The notes below the pieces were generated by a model that searched no databases, had not been told where the DNA came from, and saw only the letters and a program-made list of their open reading frames with translations. Below are positions 47,995 to 57,318 of a DNA stretch of 64,000 nt, in pieces. Positions within the stretch are counted from its first letter, which is position 1; every line of letters starts with the position of its first letter. This DNA is from an uncultured Clostridia bacterium (GTDB lineage: Bacteria; Bacillota; Clostridia; TANB77; CAG-508): the NCBI GenBank assembly GCA_947593355.1, contig CANQDO010000001.1, positions 169 to 64,168 of the forward strand, given 5' to 3'. Both the position numbers and the translations under genes were made by a program.

Positions 47995-49067
47995 TGAAGA
48001 AAATAGCATTAGTTGCAGATGTAAAAGATTGGGCTTTTCACATAGCTGCTAAAGTTATACAAGGGGCATTATCAGACAGATATCAAATAGATATATATTG
48101 GGCAGATTGTGAAGAGTTTAAAAAGGATTTATTTACAGTATTAGAAGCTTTAAAAGATTATGACATGATACATTTCTTTTGGAGAGGCATACTTAAAGCA
48201 TTTGAAGAAAAAGAATTTAATGATGTTTTTAGAGCAAAAGTAATTCAAAAATATGGAGATTATGACGAATATGTAAAAAATGCCATAAGAAAAATATCAA
48301 CAGGAGTATATGATCATTTATATTCAGAAGATATGCAGAAAAATGTAAATCTTATAAAGTATAGTCATAAATATGTAGTAAGTTCTAAAGAATTATTTGA
48401 TATATATAGTAATTTAGATGGAATACAAAAACCATCTGCTATATTAGGAGATAGTTTTTCTAAAGAAAGATTTTATCCAATGAATATGGAAAGATTTGAT
48501 TTTAAAAATCTTCCAAATGAGCAATTAGTAATAGGTTGGGTAGGAAATTCTACATGGAATAAAGCACAAAAGGATGAAAATGGAAATTCAATAGATTTTA
48601 AAGGATTTCATACTATTTTAAAACCTGTAATAGATGAGTTGCAAGCAGAAGGCTATAATATAGTTTTAAATTGTGCAGATAGAAATGTAAAACAAATTCC
48701 AAATGAGCAAATGGGTGAATATTTTTCACAAATACATGTGTATATTTGCGTTTCAAATAAAGAAGGAACACCAAGACCATTAATAGAAGCGATGGGGTGT
48801 GGAGTACCTGTTATTACTACAGATGTTGGCGTAGCACAAGAAGCATTAGCAGAAAAACAAAAACAATATATTTTAGGCAAAAGAGTTATAGGCGAGAATG
48901 ACGAGGAAATAAGGAAGAAATTAAAAGAAAAGATATTATACTTATATAATAATAAAAATGTATTAAAAGAACTATCACAAGAAAATTATGAATCTTCTAA
49001 ATATTATGAAATACAAAGTATGAAAGAACGATATGCTAATTATTATGAAGATTTTATGAATGATTAA
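47994..49067 (+). CDS. family 1 (GT4-like) glycosyltransferase, GTG start overlapping the upstream stop
   Basis: C-terminal EAMGCGVPVITTDVG motif. GAGGAGG RBS. Confidence 0.7.
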   Translation: MKKIALVADVKDWAFHIAAKVIQGALSDRYQIDIYWADCEEFKKDLFTVLEALKDYDMIHFFWRGILKAFEEKEFNDVFRAKVIQKYGDYDEYVKNAIRKISTGVYDHLYSEDMQKNVNLIKYSHKYVVSSKELFDIYSNLDGIQKPSAILGDSFSKERFYPMNMERFDFKNLPNEQLVIGWVGNSTWNKAQKDENGNSIDFKGFHTILKPVIDELQAEGYNIVLNCADRNVKQIPNEQMGEYFSQIHVYICVSNKEGTPRPLIEAMGCGVPVITTDVGVAQEALAEKQKQYILGKRVIGENDEEIRKKLKEKILYLYNNKNVLKELSQENYESSKYYEIQSMKERYANYYEDFMND

Positions 49068-49077
49068 TAAGAATTCA

Positions 49078-49110
49078 AATTGTTGCATTAACTGCAACAA
49101 TTTTTTTAAA
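49078..49110 (+). terminator. rho-independent terminator, TTGTTGCA/TGCAACAA followed by T7
   Basis: Read directly from the sequence. Confidence 0.7.
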
Positions 49111-49222
49111 ATTTTACAAAATTTACATAAAATATTGAAGAACAGATAAAAATGTGATAAAATACATATGTTAGTACTTTGAAAATTAAATATAATACAT
49201 GTTTAAACTATAAGGAGGTAAA

Positions 49223-50128
49223 ATGAAAATCTTAAAAGCAAATGAAGTACATGGAAAAATGTTATACACAATAGAAGTATGTGGTAAATGCTTTGAAGAT
49301 GTACAGATGAAAGCTATTTCAAGGAGTACATTGGGATGTGGCAATTGTAATCATTATAAATATGATTGTGAAGTTAATGATGTAAAGTTCAGAAAACTTG
49401 ATTGTAATAAATATGCAAACAAGTGGAAAGAACTTTACCAAGCTCTTACATGTTTGGTTGTTGCTTTTATGGTATATGTTTTTTTTGTTTATCTCAATTT
49501 GAGCAGAATACGAGCAATAGCAATGCTAATAATTGCATGTACTGTTTTAGATATTGTATGTTGCATTGCTGAAGAATTGTTCTGTTATGTTCGGGAAAAG
49601 ATGTTTTGCCGAAAGTTAGAAAAAAATGAAGAAGCAGCAAAGGAAGCTGAGGAAAAGGCAAAGCAAATTGAAGAAAACAAAGCCAAAGAGCAGATGGAAA
49701 ATTGTTTCAAAATGTTATATTATCAGCGCATAGCTAATGCAGAAGTATTAACAAATATGTTAATGAAAATGCTTCAGAAGCATAATTTTGGAGAAAACCA
49801 CGATAAAATTGCTGTTTGTTACCAAAAGCTTGTAGAAACATTGGAACTGCTTAAAAAGGATAGCATATTTTATGGTAGATTATCACCTATTTTTGAGGTA
49901 TATTTACCAGAATTCTATAATGTATTAAGGTGTTATACCAAATTTATGCAGGCAAATGCAGTAACCAATGAATGCGAGCAAACATTTGCAAAATGTGTTG
50001 ATCAGTTTTCTACTTTTTTAAGTAATCAGAGATTAGAAGAAATATTTAAAGATGCATCTTTGGAAGAACAATTCAAAGCATCAGTAGCAACTATTGAAAA
50101 AATGCTCAGTAAAGGCGAAGTAGTTTGA
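49223..50128 (+). CDS. hypothetical Cys-rich (CxxC...CxxC) N-terminal zinc-ribbon, two-TM, coiled-coil protein
   Basis: Strong RBS AAGGAGG. Topology is inferred from the translation. No family recognised. Confidence 0.5.
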   Translation: MKILKANEVHGKMLYTIEVCGKCFEDVQMKAISRSTLGCGNCNHYKYDCEVNDVKFRKLDCNKYANKWKELYQALTCLVVAFMVYVFFVYLNLSRIRAIAMLIIACTVLDIVCCIAEELFCYVREKMFCRKLEKNEEAAKEAEEKAKQIEENKAKEQMENCFKMLYYQRIANAEVLTNMLMKMLQKHNFGENHDKIAVCYQKLVETLELLKKDSIFYGRLSPIFEVYLPEFYNVLRCYTKFMQANAVTNECEQTFAKCVDQFSTFLSNQRLEEIFKDASLEEQFKASVATIEKMLSKGEVV

Positions 50129-50193
50129 AAAAAGATAATCTTTTATTACTGTGTATGCCTGGCAAGTAAACAGAGAAAGGAAGGAAATTCTAT

Positions 50194-51189
50194 ATGAGAG
50201 CAAAACGGATAGTGTCATGGATTATGACCATTGTTATAGCATGTATATTGTATTTTGGAGAACCATTTGTTTTAAGTTCAAATTCTTCTAAAGGAGATAA
50301 AACGCAAATTACGTTATATGCTCCTACATATATGCAAAAAGCTTTTAAAAATGCATTAAAAAATTCTGAAATGCAAGAAAAGTATGAAATAGTAATGGTA
50401 AATGACAAAAATGCAGATATTTGTGTAGAATACGGTAAGGAGAATGATGAAGAATATTTTAAATTTGCATTTTCACCATTTGTTGTAGCATATACCCCAC
50501 AGGAAGATTACATTAAACAACTAGAAAAGTCTGAAGTAGTTATTCCATCACAATATGAAAAGGATTACAGAGAAATTGACTTTTGGAAAATAATTAATGA
50601 AGTCAGAAACGATGGATTGTGGGAAAACCTTGGAGTAAGCAAACTTGATAAAATTAAGGTATTCTATCCAGATAGAGAATCTATATATTGGAATGATTTC
50701 TTTGATTTTATGCTTGTTACAATCAACAACGGAATTTACCCACAGACTGCGAAAGAATTTGAAATTGCAAACGAAGTTGTTAAGGAGTTTGAAGAAAGTA
50801 TTTATACTGAAGGGATATCAGATTTTAAAGAACAAATATCAAGAACGGGGGGATTTCCGGAAAATGTATTGTATGTGTTACCAGAACAGGAAGCTTACAT
50901 TAATACAAATTTTTCTAAACAAATATTTTTCCCTACTATAACAGTATATTTTAATTACTATATAAAAAGAAATGAGCTGACAAATATACTGATATCACAT
51001 TTTAGTGATAATAAATTCTTTTCAGGAGGTTCATTTTATTATGTATTAGCAAATAAGTGTTATCGAAATAACGGATACTCAGAAATCTCAACAAGTATAG
51101 ACGGTGCTTATGGTGAAAGAAATGTATACAATTTAGCCAAAATTCCTAAAAATAAGGAGGCTATATTAAGTACAAAGGCGCAAGAGTAA
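50194..51189 (+). CDS. hypothetical secreted protein (signal peptide)
   Basis: RBS AAAGGAAGG. N-terminal hydrophobic segment. No family recognised. Confidence 0.5.
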   Translation: MRAKRIVSWIMTIVIACILYFGEPFVLSSNSSKGDKTQITLYAPTYMQKAFKNALKNSEMQEKYEIVMVNDKNADICVEYGKENDEEYFKFAFSPFVVAYTPQEDYIKQLEKSEVVIPSQYEKDYREIDFWKIINEVRNDGLWENLGVSKLDKIKVFYPDRESIYWNDFFDFMLVTINNGIYPQTAKEFEIANEVVKEFEESIYTEGISDFKEQISRTGGFPENVLYVLPEQEAYINTNFSKQIFFPTITVYFNYYIKRNELTNILISHFSDNKFFSGGSFYYVLANKCYRNNGYSEISTSIDGAYGERNVYNLAKIPKNKEAILSTKAQE

Positions 51190-51206
51190 ACATGTAATTA
51201 TATTTA

Positions 51207-51240
51207 CCCTCAACCACAAATGTGGCTGAGGGTTTTCTAT
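51207..51240 (+). terminator. rho-independent terminator, CCCTCAACCACA/TGTGGCTGAGGG
   Basis: 12-bp GC-rich stem followed by a T tract. Confidence 0.7.
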
Positions 51241-51332
51241 TGGTAAAAATTATAACATAAATGTTAAATTATTAATTGCAAATTTTACATAATTTCATAA
51301 AATATATAAAGGACAAAAAGGAGGAAAAATTT

Positions 51333-51919
51333 ATGGAATTAAAAGGCAAAAAAGTAGGATTTGTACTAACAGGTTCTTTTTGTACTTTTAAAAAAGTAAA
51401 AGAACAATTAAAAAATATAGTAAAAGAAGGTGCAGAAGTGCTACCTATAATGTCCGATAATGCATATAAACTAGATACTAAATTTGGAACTGCAAAAGAA
51501 CATATTGAAGAAATAGAAAAAATTACAGGTAATAAAATAATTCACACAATACAAGAAGCAGAACCGATAGGACCAAAAAAATTAACAGACATTTTAATTG
51601 TTGCACCATGCTCACGGAAACACTATAGGTAAACTTGCAAATGGTATTATAGATAATGCTGCAACAATGGCAGTAAAATCACATTTGAGAAATGGAAATC
51701 CAGTAGTAATTGCAGTTTCTACAAATGATGGACTATCTCGGAAGTGCAGAAAATATAGGAAAATTATTAAATAGAAATAACTATTATTTTGTTCCATTCA
51801 AACAAGATAATTTTATTACCAAACCACGTTCTATAGTATTTGAAGCGGATTATATTATAAAAACATTGGAATTTGCATTAGAAGGAAAACAAATAAGTCC
51901 TATTTTATTAGGAATATAA
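51333..51919 (+). pseudogene. spoVFB: dipicolinate synthase subunit B-like flavoprotein (SpoVFB/CoaC family), disrupted by two +1 frameshifts
   Basis: MELKGKKVGFVLTGSFCT...ILIVAPCS | GNTIGKLANGIIDNAATMAVKSHLRNGNPVVIAVSTNDGLS | GSAENIGKLLNRNNYYFVPFKQDNF. The three frames rejoin if the C at about 51612 and the C at about 51738 are removed. Confidence 0.75.
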
Positions 51920-52117
51920 ATTTGTATTTTGTTAGTAATTAACAAACCAGAACACATTAAAAAGGGAACTTACTTGTTAAGTTCCCTTTTGAAGTGTAAT
52001 TTTGAAAAATTTAAGGGCGAAATTTTGAAGACGACTCTAAAAAACATTGTAATAATTGTAAAAGTATGATAGAATAACACTATCTTACGGAATAGGAAGA
52101 AAAGGTGATAAAAGAAA

Positions 52118-53026
52118 ATGGGTTTTTTTGATAAATTAAAAAACGGTTTAAGTAAAACTAAAACTTCATTTGATGAAAAAATAAACAATGTTTTTAGTAA
52201 TTTTAGAAAAGTAGATGAAGAGTTATTAGAAGAATTGGAAGAAGCTTTAATAATGTCAGATGTAGGCACAGAAACTTCTTTAAAAATAATAGATAATTTA
52301 AGAAAAAGAGTAAAAAAAGAAAATATAAAAGAAGAGCAGGAAGTAAAACAAGCATTGAAAGAAGAAATAAAAGAAATATTAGAAAAAACAGATAATACTT
52401 TAAAATTAGAGTCAACACCATCAATAATATTAGTAGTAGGAGTAAATGGAGTTGGTAAAACTACTTCGATAGGAAAAATAGCGTCTCGTATAAAAAAAGA
52501 TGGAAAGAAAGTAGTTATAGCAGCAGCCGATACATTTAGAGCGGCAGCAGTTGAACAATTAGAAATATGGGCAAATAGAGCAGGTTGCGATATGGTAAAA
52601 GCAGAGGAAGGCACAGACCCTGCATCTGTAGTGTTTGATGCCATAAAAATTACAAAGGAAAAAAATGCAGATGTATTGATATGTGATACAGCTGGTAGAT
52701 TGCATAATAAAAAATACTTAATGGATGAATTAATAAAAATTAAAAAAGTAATAGAAAAAGAATTGCCAGATGCATCAAAAGAAATATTAATGGTATTAGA
52801 TGCAACAACAGGCCAAAATGCAATATCACAGGTGAAGGCTTTTAAAGAAACAGTTGATATAACAGGAATAATTTTAACAAAACTAGATGGAACGGCTAAA
52901 GGCGGTTCAATAATAGGAATAGTAGAGCAAAATGAGATACCTGTTAAGTTTATAGGAGTTGGTGAACAAATAGATGATATGGAAATTTTCAATAGTGAGG
53001 ATTTTGTAAATGCTTTAATAGATTGA
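52118..53026 (+). CDS. ftsY: signal recognition particle receptor FtsY
   Basis: SRP54-type GTPase motifs GVNGVGKTT, DTAGR and TKLDG. Confidence 0.95.
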   Translation: MGFFDKLKNGLSKTKTSFDEKINNVFSNFRKVDEELLEELEEALIMSDVGTETSLKIIDNLRKRVKKENIKEEQEVKQALKEEIKEILEKTDNTLKLESTPSIILVVGVNGVGKTTSIGKIASRIKKDGKKVVIAAADTFRAAAVEQLEIWANRAGCDMVKAEEGTDPASVVFDAIKITKEKNADVLICDTAGRLHNKKYLMDELIKIKKVIEKELPDASKEILMVLDATTGQNAISQVKAFKETVDITGIILTKLDGTAKGGSIIGIVEQNEIPVKFIGVGEQIDDMEIFNSEDFVNALID

Positions 53027-53053
53027 TAAAAATTAAAGAAAGGATGAAAAAAG

Positions 53054-56000
53054 ATGCTTAAAAAAGAAGTAAAGGATAATCAAAATACCGATACTACTAA
53101 TGAAAAGAAATCTAAAAATAGTAATAAAGCTGCCCAACATAAAGAGTTAAAAAAAGAAAAAATAGAGCCGAAAAGTAATAGTAAAGAAGAAGCGGTAGTT
53201 AAAAGTAATATCAAACAAGAAATGTCAGTTAAAACTAACGTTGAACAAGAAAAAGTATCCAAAAGTAGTAGTGAAAAAGTTGAAGAAGAGAGTGTGAAAC
53301 CAAAAAACAAGTATAAAAAAAGATTAAAAATAGTACTAGCATTTGCATTTGTTATGGCAATAGTAGCTTATGTATTGTTTAGAGGAACATATTTAGAAAC
53401 ATTAGAAATTGGCGAAGAATACATAAGTGTATTTTGGCAGAATGTGAAATATATGTCTATGACACTAATAATTAACTTCATAGTAATATATATAATAATG
53501 TACTATACAAATACATTAATAAAAAAAGGATTAAGCGAATTCTTTAAACAGGAAAACAAACCTATGCCAAAACTATTAAATAAGTCTATAGCATTTATAG
53601 TAGCAGTAATAATAAGTGCACTTACATCTTCTTTTATTATGGAAAAAGTAATGCTTTGCTTTAATGCTTCATATTTTGGAGCAGGTACAGGAACAGATCC
53701 AATATTTGGTATAGATATAGGTTATTTTATGTTTATAGAGCCATTTGTAAAGTTAGTGCTTTGGTATTTGATTATTGCAGTAATAGGAACAACACTATAT
53801 ACGGTAATATATTATATAATTACATTTAATATGTTCTTTGATGGAGTGGATAGAAAAACATTAAAAAATAGTAAGCTTATAAAGCAAATAATGTCAGCCA
53901 TTATGATATTAGCAATATTAATAGCAGGTTTGGTAATTCTAAATACGTTTGATGTGGGTACTCAAAAGTTTATGACTTTAACAGATGAAACAAGTTCATA
54001 TTCTTTATATGGAGCGGGCTTTACAGACGTAACTATAAAATTATGGGCGTATAGATTACTTGCTTTAGTAATTGTAATTTCTGTATATGTTGGGTTAAAA
54101 TCTTTTAAAGATGGAAAAACCAAAAAGATGATATTATCAATTATGGTAGTTCCAATTTATTTAATATCATTATTTGTTATAGTAGTAGGTTTTGATGCTA
54201 TATTTGTAAATAATAACAAGTATGATAAAGAAAGAGAATATATACAGAAAAATATTGAATATACCAAAAAAGCATATGGAATTGATATAAATGAAATTAA
54301 TTTGGAAGTAGCAGAAACAGTTACTTCAGATGATATTAATAAATATAGTGAAGTAACAAGCAATATAACAATAGTAGATGATGAAATGGTGTTAAAGGAC
54401 TTAAAGAGTAGTCAAACTGCAAAGGGATATTATGCATATAGAAACGCAAAATTGCAAAGATATAAAATAAATGGTAGAAATACTTCTGTATATATTTCAC
54501 CAAGAGAAATAACTAATGTTACGGGAACATATAACAATAAAACATATGAATATACACATGGCTATGGATTAATTGCAAGTTCAGCAGTATCAACTAATGA
54601 AAGTGGAAATGTAGACAATGTGCAGAAAGGTTTTGATAGTACAAAAGATGTAATTGCAATATCAGAGCCTAGAATATATTTTGGATTAGAAACGAACGAT
54701 ACAGTTGTTACTAATACAAGTGATAAAAAAGAGTTTGATTATCCAATACTTACTTCAAATGATGCAAGTAATGAAACAAATGTATATGATGGAAAAGCAG
54801 GATTAAGTTTAAACTTTATAGATAGAATGATTCTTTCAATAAAAGAGGGAGATTTAAAACTTGCATTTTCGGGTGATATAACAGATGAAAGTAAGATTTT
54901 AACTAATAGAAATATAATATCAAGAGCTAAAGTGTTAATGCCATATTTAATGTATGATGAAAATCCATATATTGTTGTGAGTGATACAGGAAGAATAGTA
55001 TGGGTATTAGATGCATATACAACATCAAATGCATATCCATATTCACAAAAAACTATCTTAAATTCTACTCAATCATCAAAACAAGAAATAAACTATATTA
55101 GAAATTCTGTAAAAGTATTAATTGATGCATATGATGGAACAATTACTTTTTATATTACAGACAAAACAGATCCAATAGTAATGGCATACAAAAATATATA
55201 TCCAGATTTGTTTAAATATAAAGAAGATGGTATGCCTGAGGATATAACAAGTCATATGACATATCCAGAGTTTTTATATAATATACAAGCAGAAGTGGTA
55301 AGTAGATATCATAATATTCAACCAGATGTATTGTATAGAGGAGATGATATATGGGAAATAGCAACTCATAATTCAGGAAAAGTTATTACAAAAACAGGTA
55401 CAGATATGGATCCGTATTATACAATGGTTAAAACTGTAGATAGTAACGAAGCGGAATTAGGTTTAGTGCTTCCATATACACAACATGAAAGACAAAGTTT
55501 AATATCATATTTAGTTGGAACATATGATAATAGTGGTAATGCAAAGCTAACTATATACAAGTATCCTACAGATTCTAATATATTAGGACCAATGCAATTA
55601 GACATTCAATTACAACAAGATGAAACAATTGCAGAAGAAATAGAAGCTTTAAATGTTACAGGAACTAAAATTACAAAATATATGATAATAGTTCCATTAG
55701 ATAATACTTTATTGTATGTAGAACCTATATATCAAGAATATATAAATGATAAACTAAATCAAGAATTACCAACACTTAAAAAGGTAGTTGTTGCATCTGG
55801 AAATAAAGTCGCAATAGGCGATAATATAGTAGAAGCATTATCAAAACTTGTTTCTCAATATGCAGTTGATATAGAAGTTGAAAATACAGATACAGTTGAA
55901 GGTTTAATTGATGAAGTTATTAGAGCAAATAATAATTTAAATACGTCTAATAATAGTAATGACTGGGAAATGATAGGCAAGGATGTAAAAAGACTTCAAG

Positions 56001-56140
56001 AGTTAATTAAAAAGTTAGAAGAAGCGGTACAAGAGCAAAAAGAAAAACAAAATGAAATAAATGATATGATGAATATAACTGAAAATGTAATAAACGGAGT
56101 AGATTCTAATTTGATAGATTCAAATGTTATTTCTGAATAA
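53054..56140 (+). CDS. UPF0182-family large membrane protein
   Basis: 1028 aa. Lys-rich N-terminal tail, about 7 N-terminal TM helices, then a large extracytoplasmic domain typical of UPF0182. Confidence 0.7.
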   Translation: MLKKEVKDNQNTDTTNEKKSKNSNKAAQHKELKKEKIEPKSNSKEEAVVKSNIKQEMSVKTNVEQEKVSKSSSEKVEEESVKPKNKYKKRLKIVLAFAFVMAIVAYVLFRGTYLETLEIGEEYISVFWQNVKYMSMTLIINFIVIYIIMYYTNTLIKKGLSEFFKQENKPMPKLLNKSIAFIVAVIISALTSSFIMEKVMLCFNASYFGAGTGTDPIFGIDIGYFMFIEPFVKLVLWYLIIAVIGTTLYTVIYYIITFNMFFDGVDRKTLKNSKLIKQIMSAIMILAILIAGLVILNTFDVGTQKFMTLTDETSSYSLYGAGFTDVTIKLWAYRLLALVIVISVYVGLKSFKDGKTKKMILSIMVVPIYLISLFVIVVGFDAIFVNNNKYDKEREYIQKNIEYTKKAYGIDINEINLEVAETVTSDDINKYSEVTSNITIVDDEMVLKDLKSSQTAKGYYAYRNAKLQRYKINGRNTSVYISPREITNVTGTYNNKTYEYTHGYGLIASSAVSTNESGNVDNVQKGFDSTKDVIAISEPRIYFGLETNDTVVTNTSDKKEFDYPILTSNDASNETNVYDGKAGLSLNFIDRMILSIKEGDLKLAFSGDITDESKILTNRNIISRAKVLMPYLMYDENPYIVVSDTGRIVWVLDAYTTSNAYPYSQKTILNSTQSSKQEINYIRNSVKVLIDAYDGTITFYITDKTDPIVMAYKNIYPDLFKYKEDGMPEDITSHMTYPEFLYNIQAEVVSRYHNIQPDVLYRGDDIWEIATHNSGKVITKTGTDMDPYYTMVKTVDSNEAELGLVLPYTQHERQSLISYLVGTYDNSGNAKLTIYKYPTDSNILGPMQLDIQLQQDETIAEEIEALNVTGTKITKYMIIVPLDNTLLYVEPIYQEYINDKLNQELPTLKKVVVASGNKVAIGDNIVEALSKLVSQYAVDIEVENTDTVEGLIDEVIRANNNLNTSNNSNDWEMIGKDVKRLQELIKKLEEAVQEQKEKQNEINDMMNITENVINGVDSNLIDSNVISE

Positions 56141-56180
56141 AAAATAAAAAAGAATGCACCCTATTAGTGGGTGTATTTTT

Positions 56181-56519
56181 TTGAGAAAAATTAAGTTAAG
56201 TAAGAAAAAGTATAAATTTATATATAAAAAGAAGAAAAAAGAAAATATATTATTAAAAAGTTTAAATACTAAAGTAGATGAATTGAATAAAACATTAGCA
56301 AGAAATAAACTTCTAGAAATATCAGAAATATTAGGCAGTAGAAAACGTTTGCTATGGGTAAATTTAATTTCTGGAATATCAAAGGGGATTGGAATTGGAA
56401 TAGGAGTTACAATAATAACGGCTATTTTAGTTATTATACTTCAAAAGATAGTAAGCCTTAATATTCCTGTTATTGGTGAGTTTGTTTCAGATATTGTTGA
56501 TATTGTTGAAAGAAAATAA
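56181..56519 (+). CDS. small membrane protein (DUF5665-like); start uncertain, TTG 56181
   Basis: C-terminal LLWVNLISGISKGIGIGIGVTIITAILVIILQKIV... A terminator hairpin at 56152-56180 precludes the track start at 56154. Confidence 0.4.
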   Translation: MRKIKLSKKKYKFIYKKKKKENILLKSLNTKVDELNKTLARNKLLEISEILGSRKRLLWVNLISGISKGIGIGIGVTIITAILVIILQKIVSLNIPVIGEFVSDIVDIVERK

Positions 56520-56691
56520 ATATTATTAATGTCTAAAAACAATTGCAATTAATGATGAAACGTCAATTGAAATATTAAATGCAAGTATGAAAAAGTAAGT
56601 TGCAATTAGCGATGAAATGCCATTTACTACTTGACAAAATTAAAAAATATAAGTATAATAAAATATGTAATAAAAGTAAGGAGATAATCAA

Positions 56692-56838
56692 ATGTTAGCA
56701 AAAATTTGGAAAAAATTATTATTAGCAGTATTATTGGTAGCATGTTTATTTAATATAGTAACAAAATTAGTAAGCAAAATGTCATTTGAACAAGAACTTG
56801 GTGCTACAGTTGAATATTTAGAAGAAAATAAAAAATAA
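56692..56838 (+). CDS. unannotated 48-aa small membrane protein
   Basis: Strong RBS TAAGGAGAT then ATG. One TM helix. Preceded by a TTGACA, 17-bp spacer, TATAAT promoter at 56630-56658. Confidence 0.45.
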   Translation: MLAKIWKKLLLAVLLVACLFNIVTKLVSKMSFEQELGATVEYLEENKK

Positions 56839-56915
56839 GTATTGAAAAAAATAGAAAAATATGTTATTATAAAAAACGATATTTTTTAATAAAGAGAGGA
56901 AGAGGTGAATACATA

Positions 56916-57116
56916 ATGAAAGCAGATTTACACCCAGAATATAAAGAAGCAACAATAACATGTGCTTGTGGTAATGTAATAAAAACAAATTCAACAAAAT
57001 CAGATATGAAAGTTGACGTTTGTTCAAAATGTCATCCATATTGGACAGGAAACTTAAAAAGAGAAACTACAGGTGGTAGAGCAGATAAATTTAAAAAGAA
57101 ATATGGAATCAAATAA
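56916..57116 (+). CDS. rpmE: 50S ribosomal protein L31
   Basis: MKADLHPEY...CACGN...CSKCHPYWTG. Confidence 0.95.
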   Translation: MKADLHPEYKEATITCACGNVIKTNSTKSDMKVDVCSKCHPYWTGNLKRETTGGRADKFKKKYGIK

Positions 57117-57318
57117 AAAATATTTTTTGGTGGCCTTTAAACAGGGTCATTTTTTTATTGAATAAAACATATTAAATATAAGAAAAGTAAAAATAAACAT
57201 ATGAGTAAAACAATACTAAATAGTGACATTTTTTACAAATAAAATTCAAAAAAATATAGCAAAATTAAACATTTTATGCTAGAATATAAAATATTAAAAA
57301 TAGAGAGGAAGAAATAAA

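Noticed and set aside
49223-51189. Apparent GC or codon-usage shift suggesting a horizontally acquired island.
   Set aside because: Hand counts of 60-nt blocks gave about 33-36% GC, against about 30-33% in neighbouring genes. That is too small a difference to call without a computed sliding window.
51970-52992. 340-aa minus-strand ORF antisense to ftsY.
   Set aside because: It overlaps a clearly genuine ftsY with all SRP-GTPase motifs. The antisense translation is low-complexity Ser/Phe-rich with no RBS or homology. It is an artefact of AT-rich codon bias.
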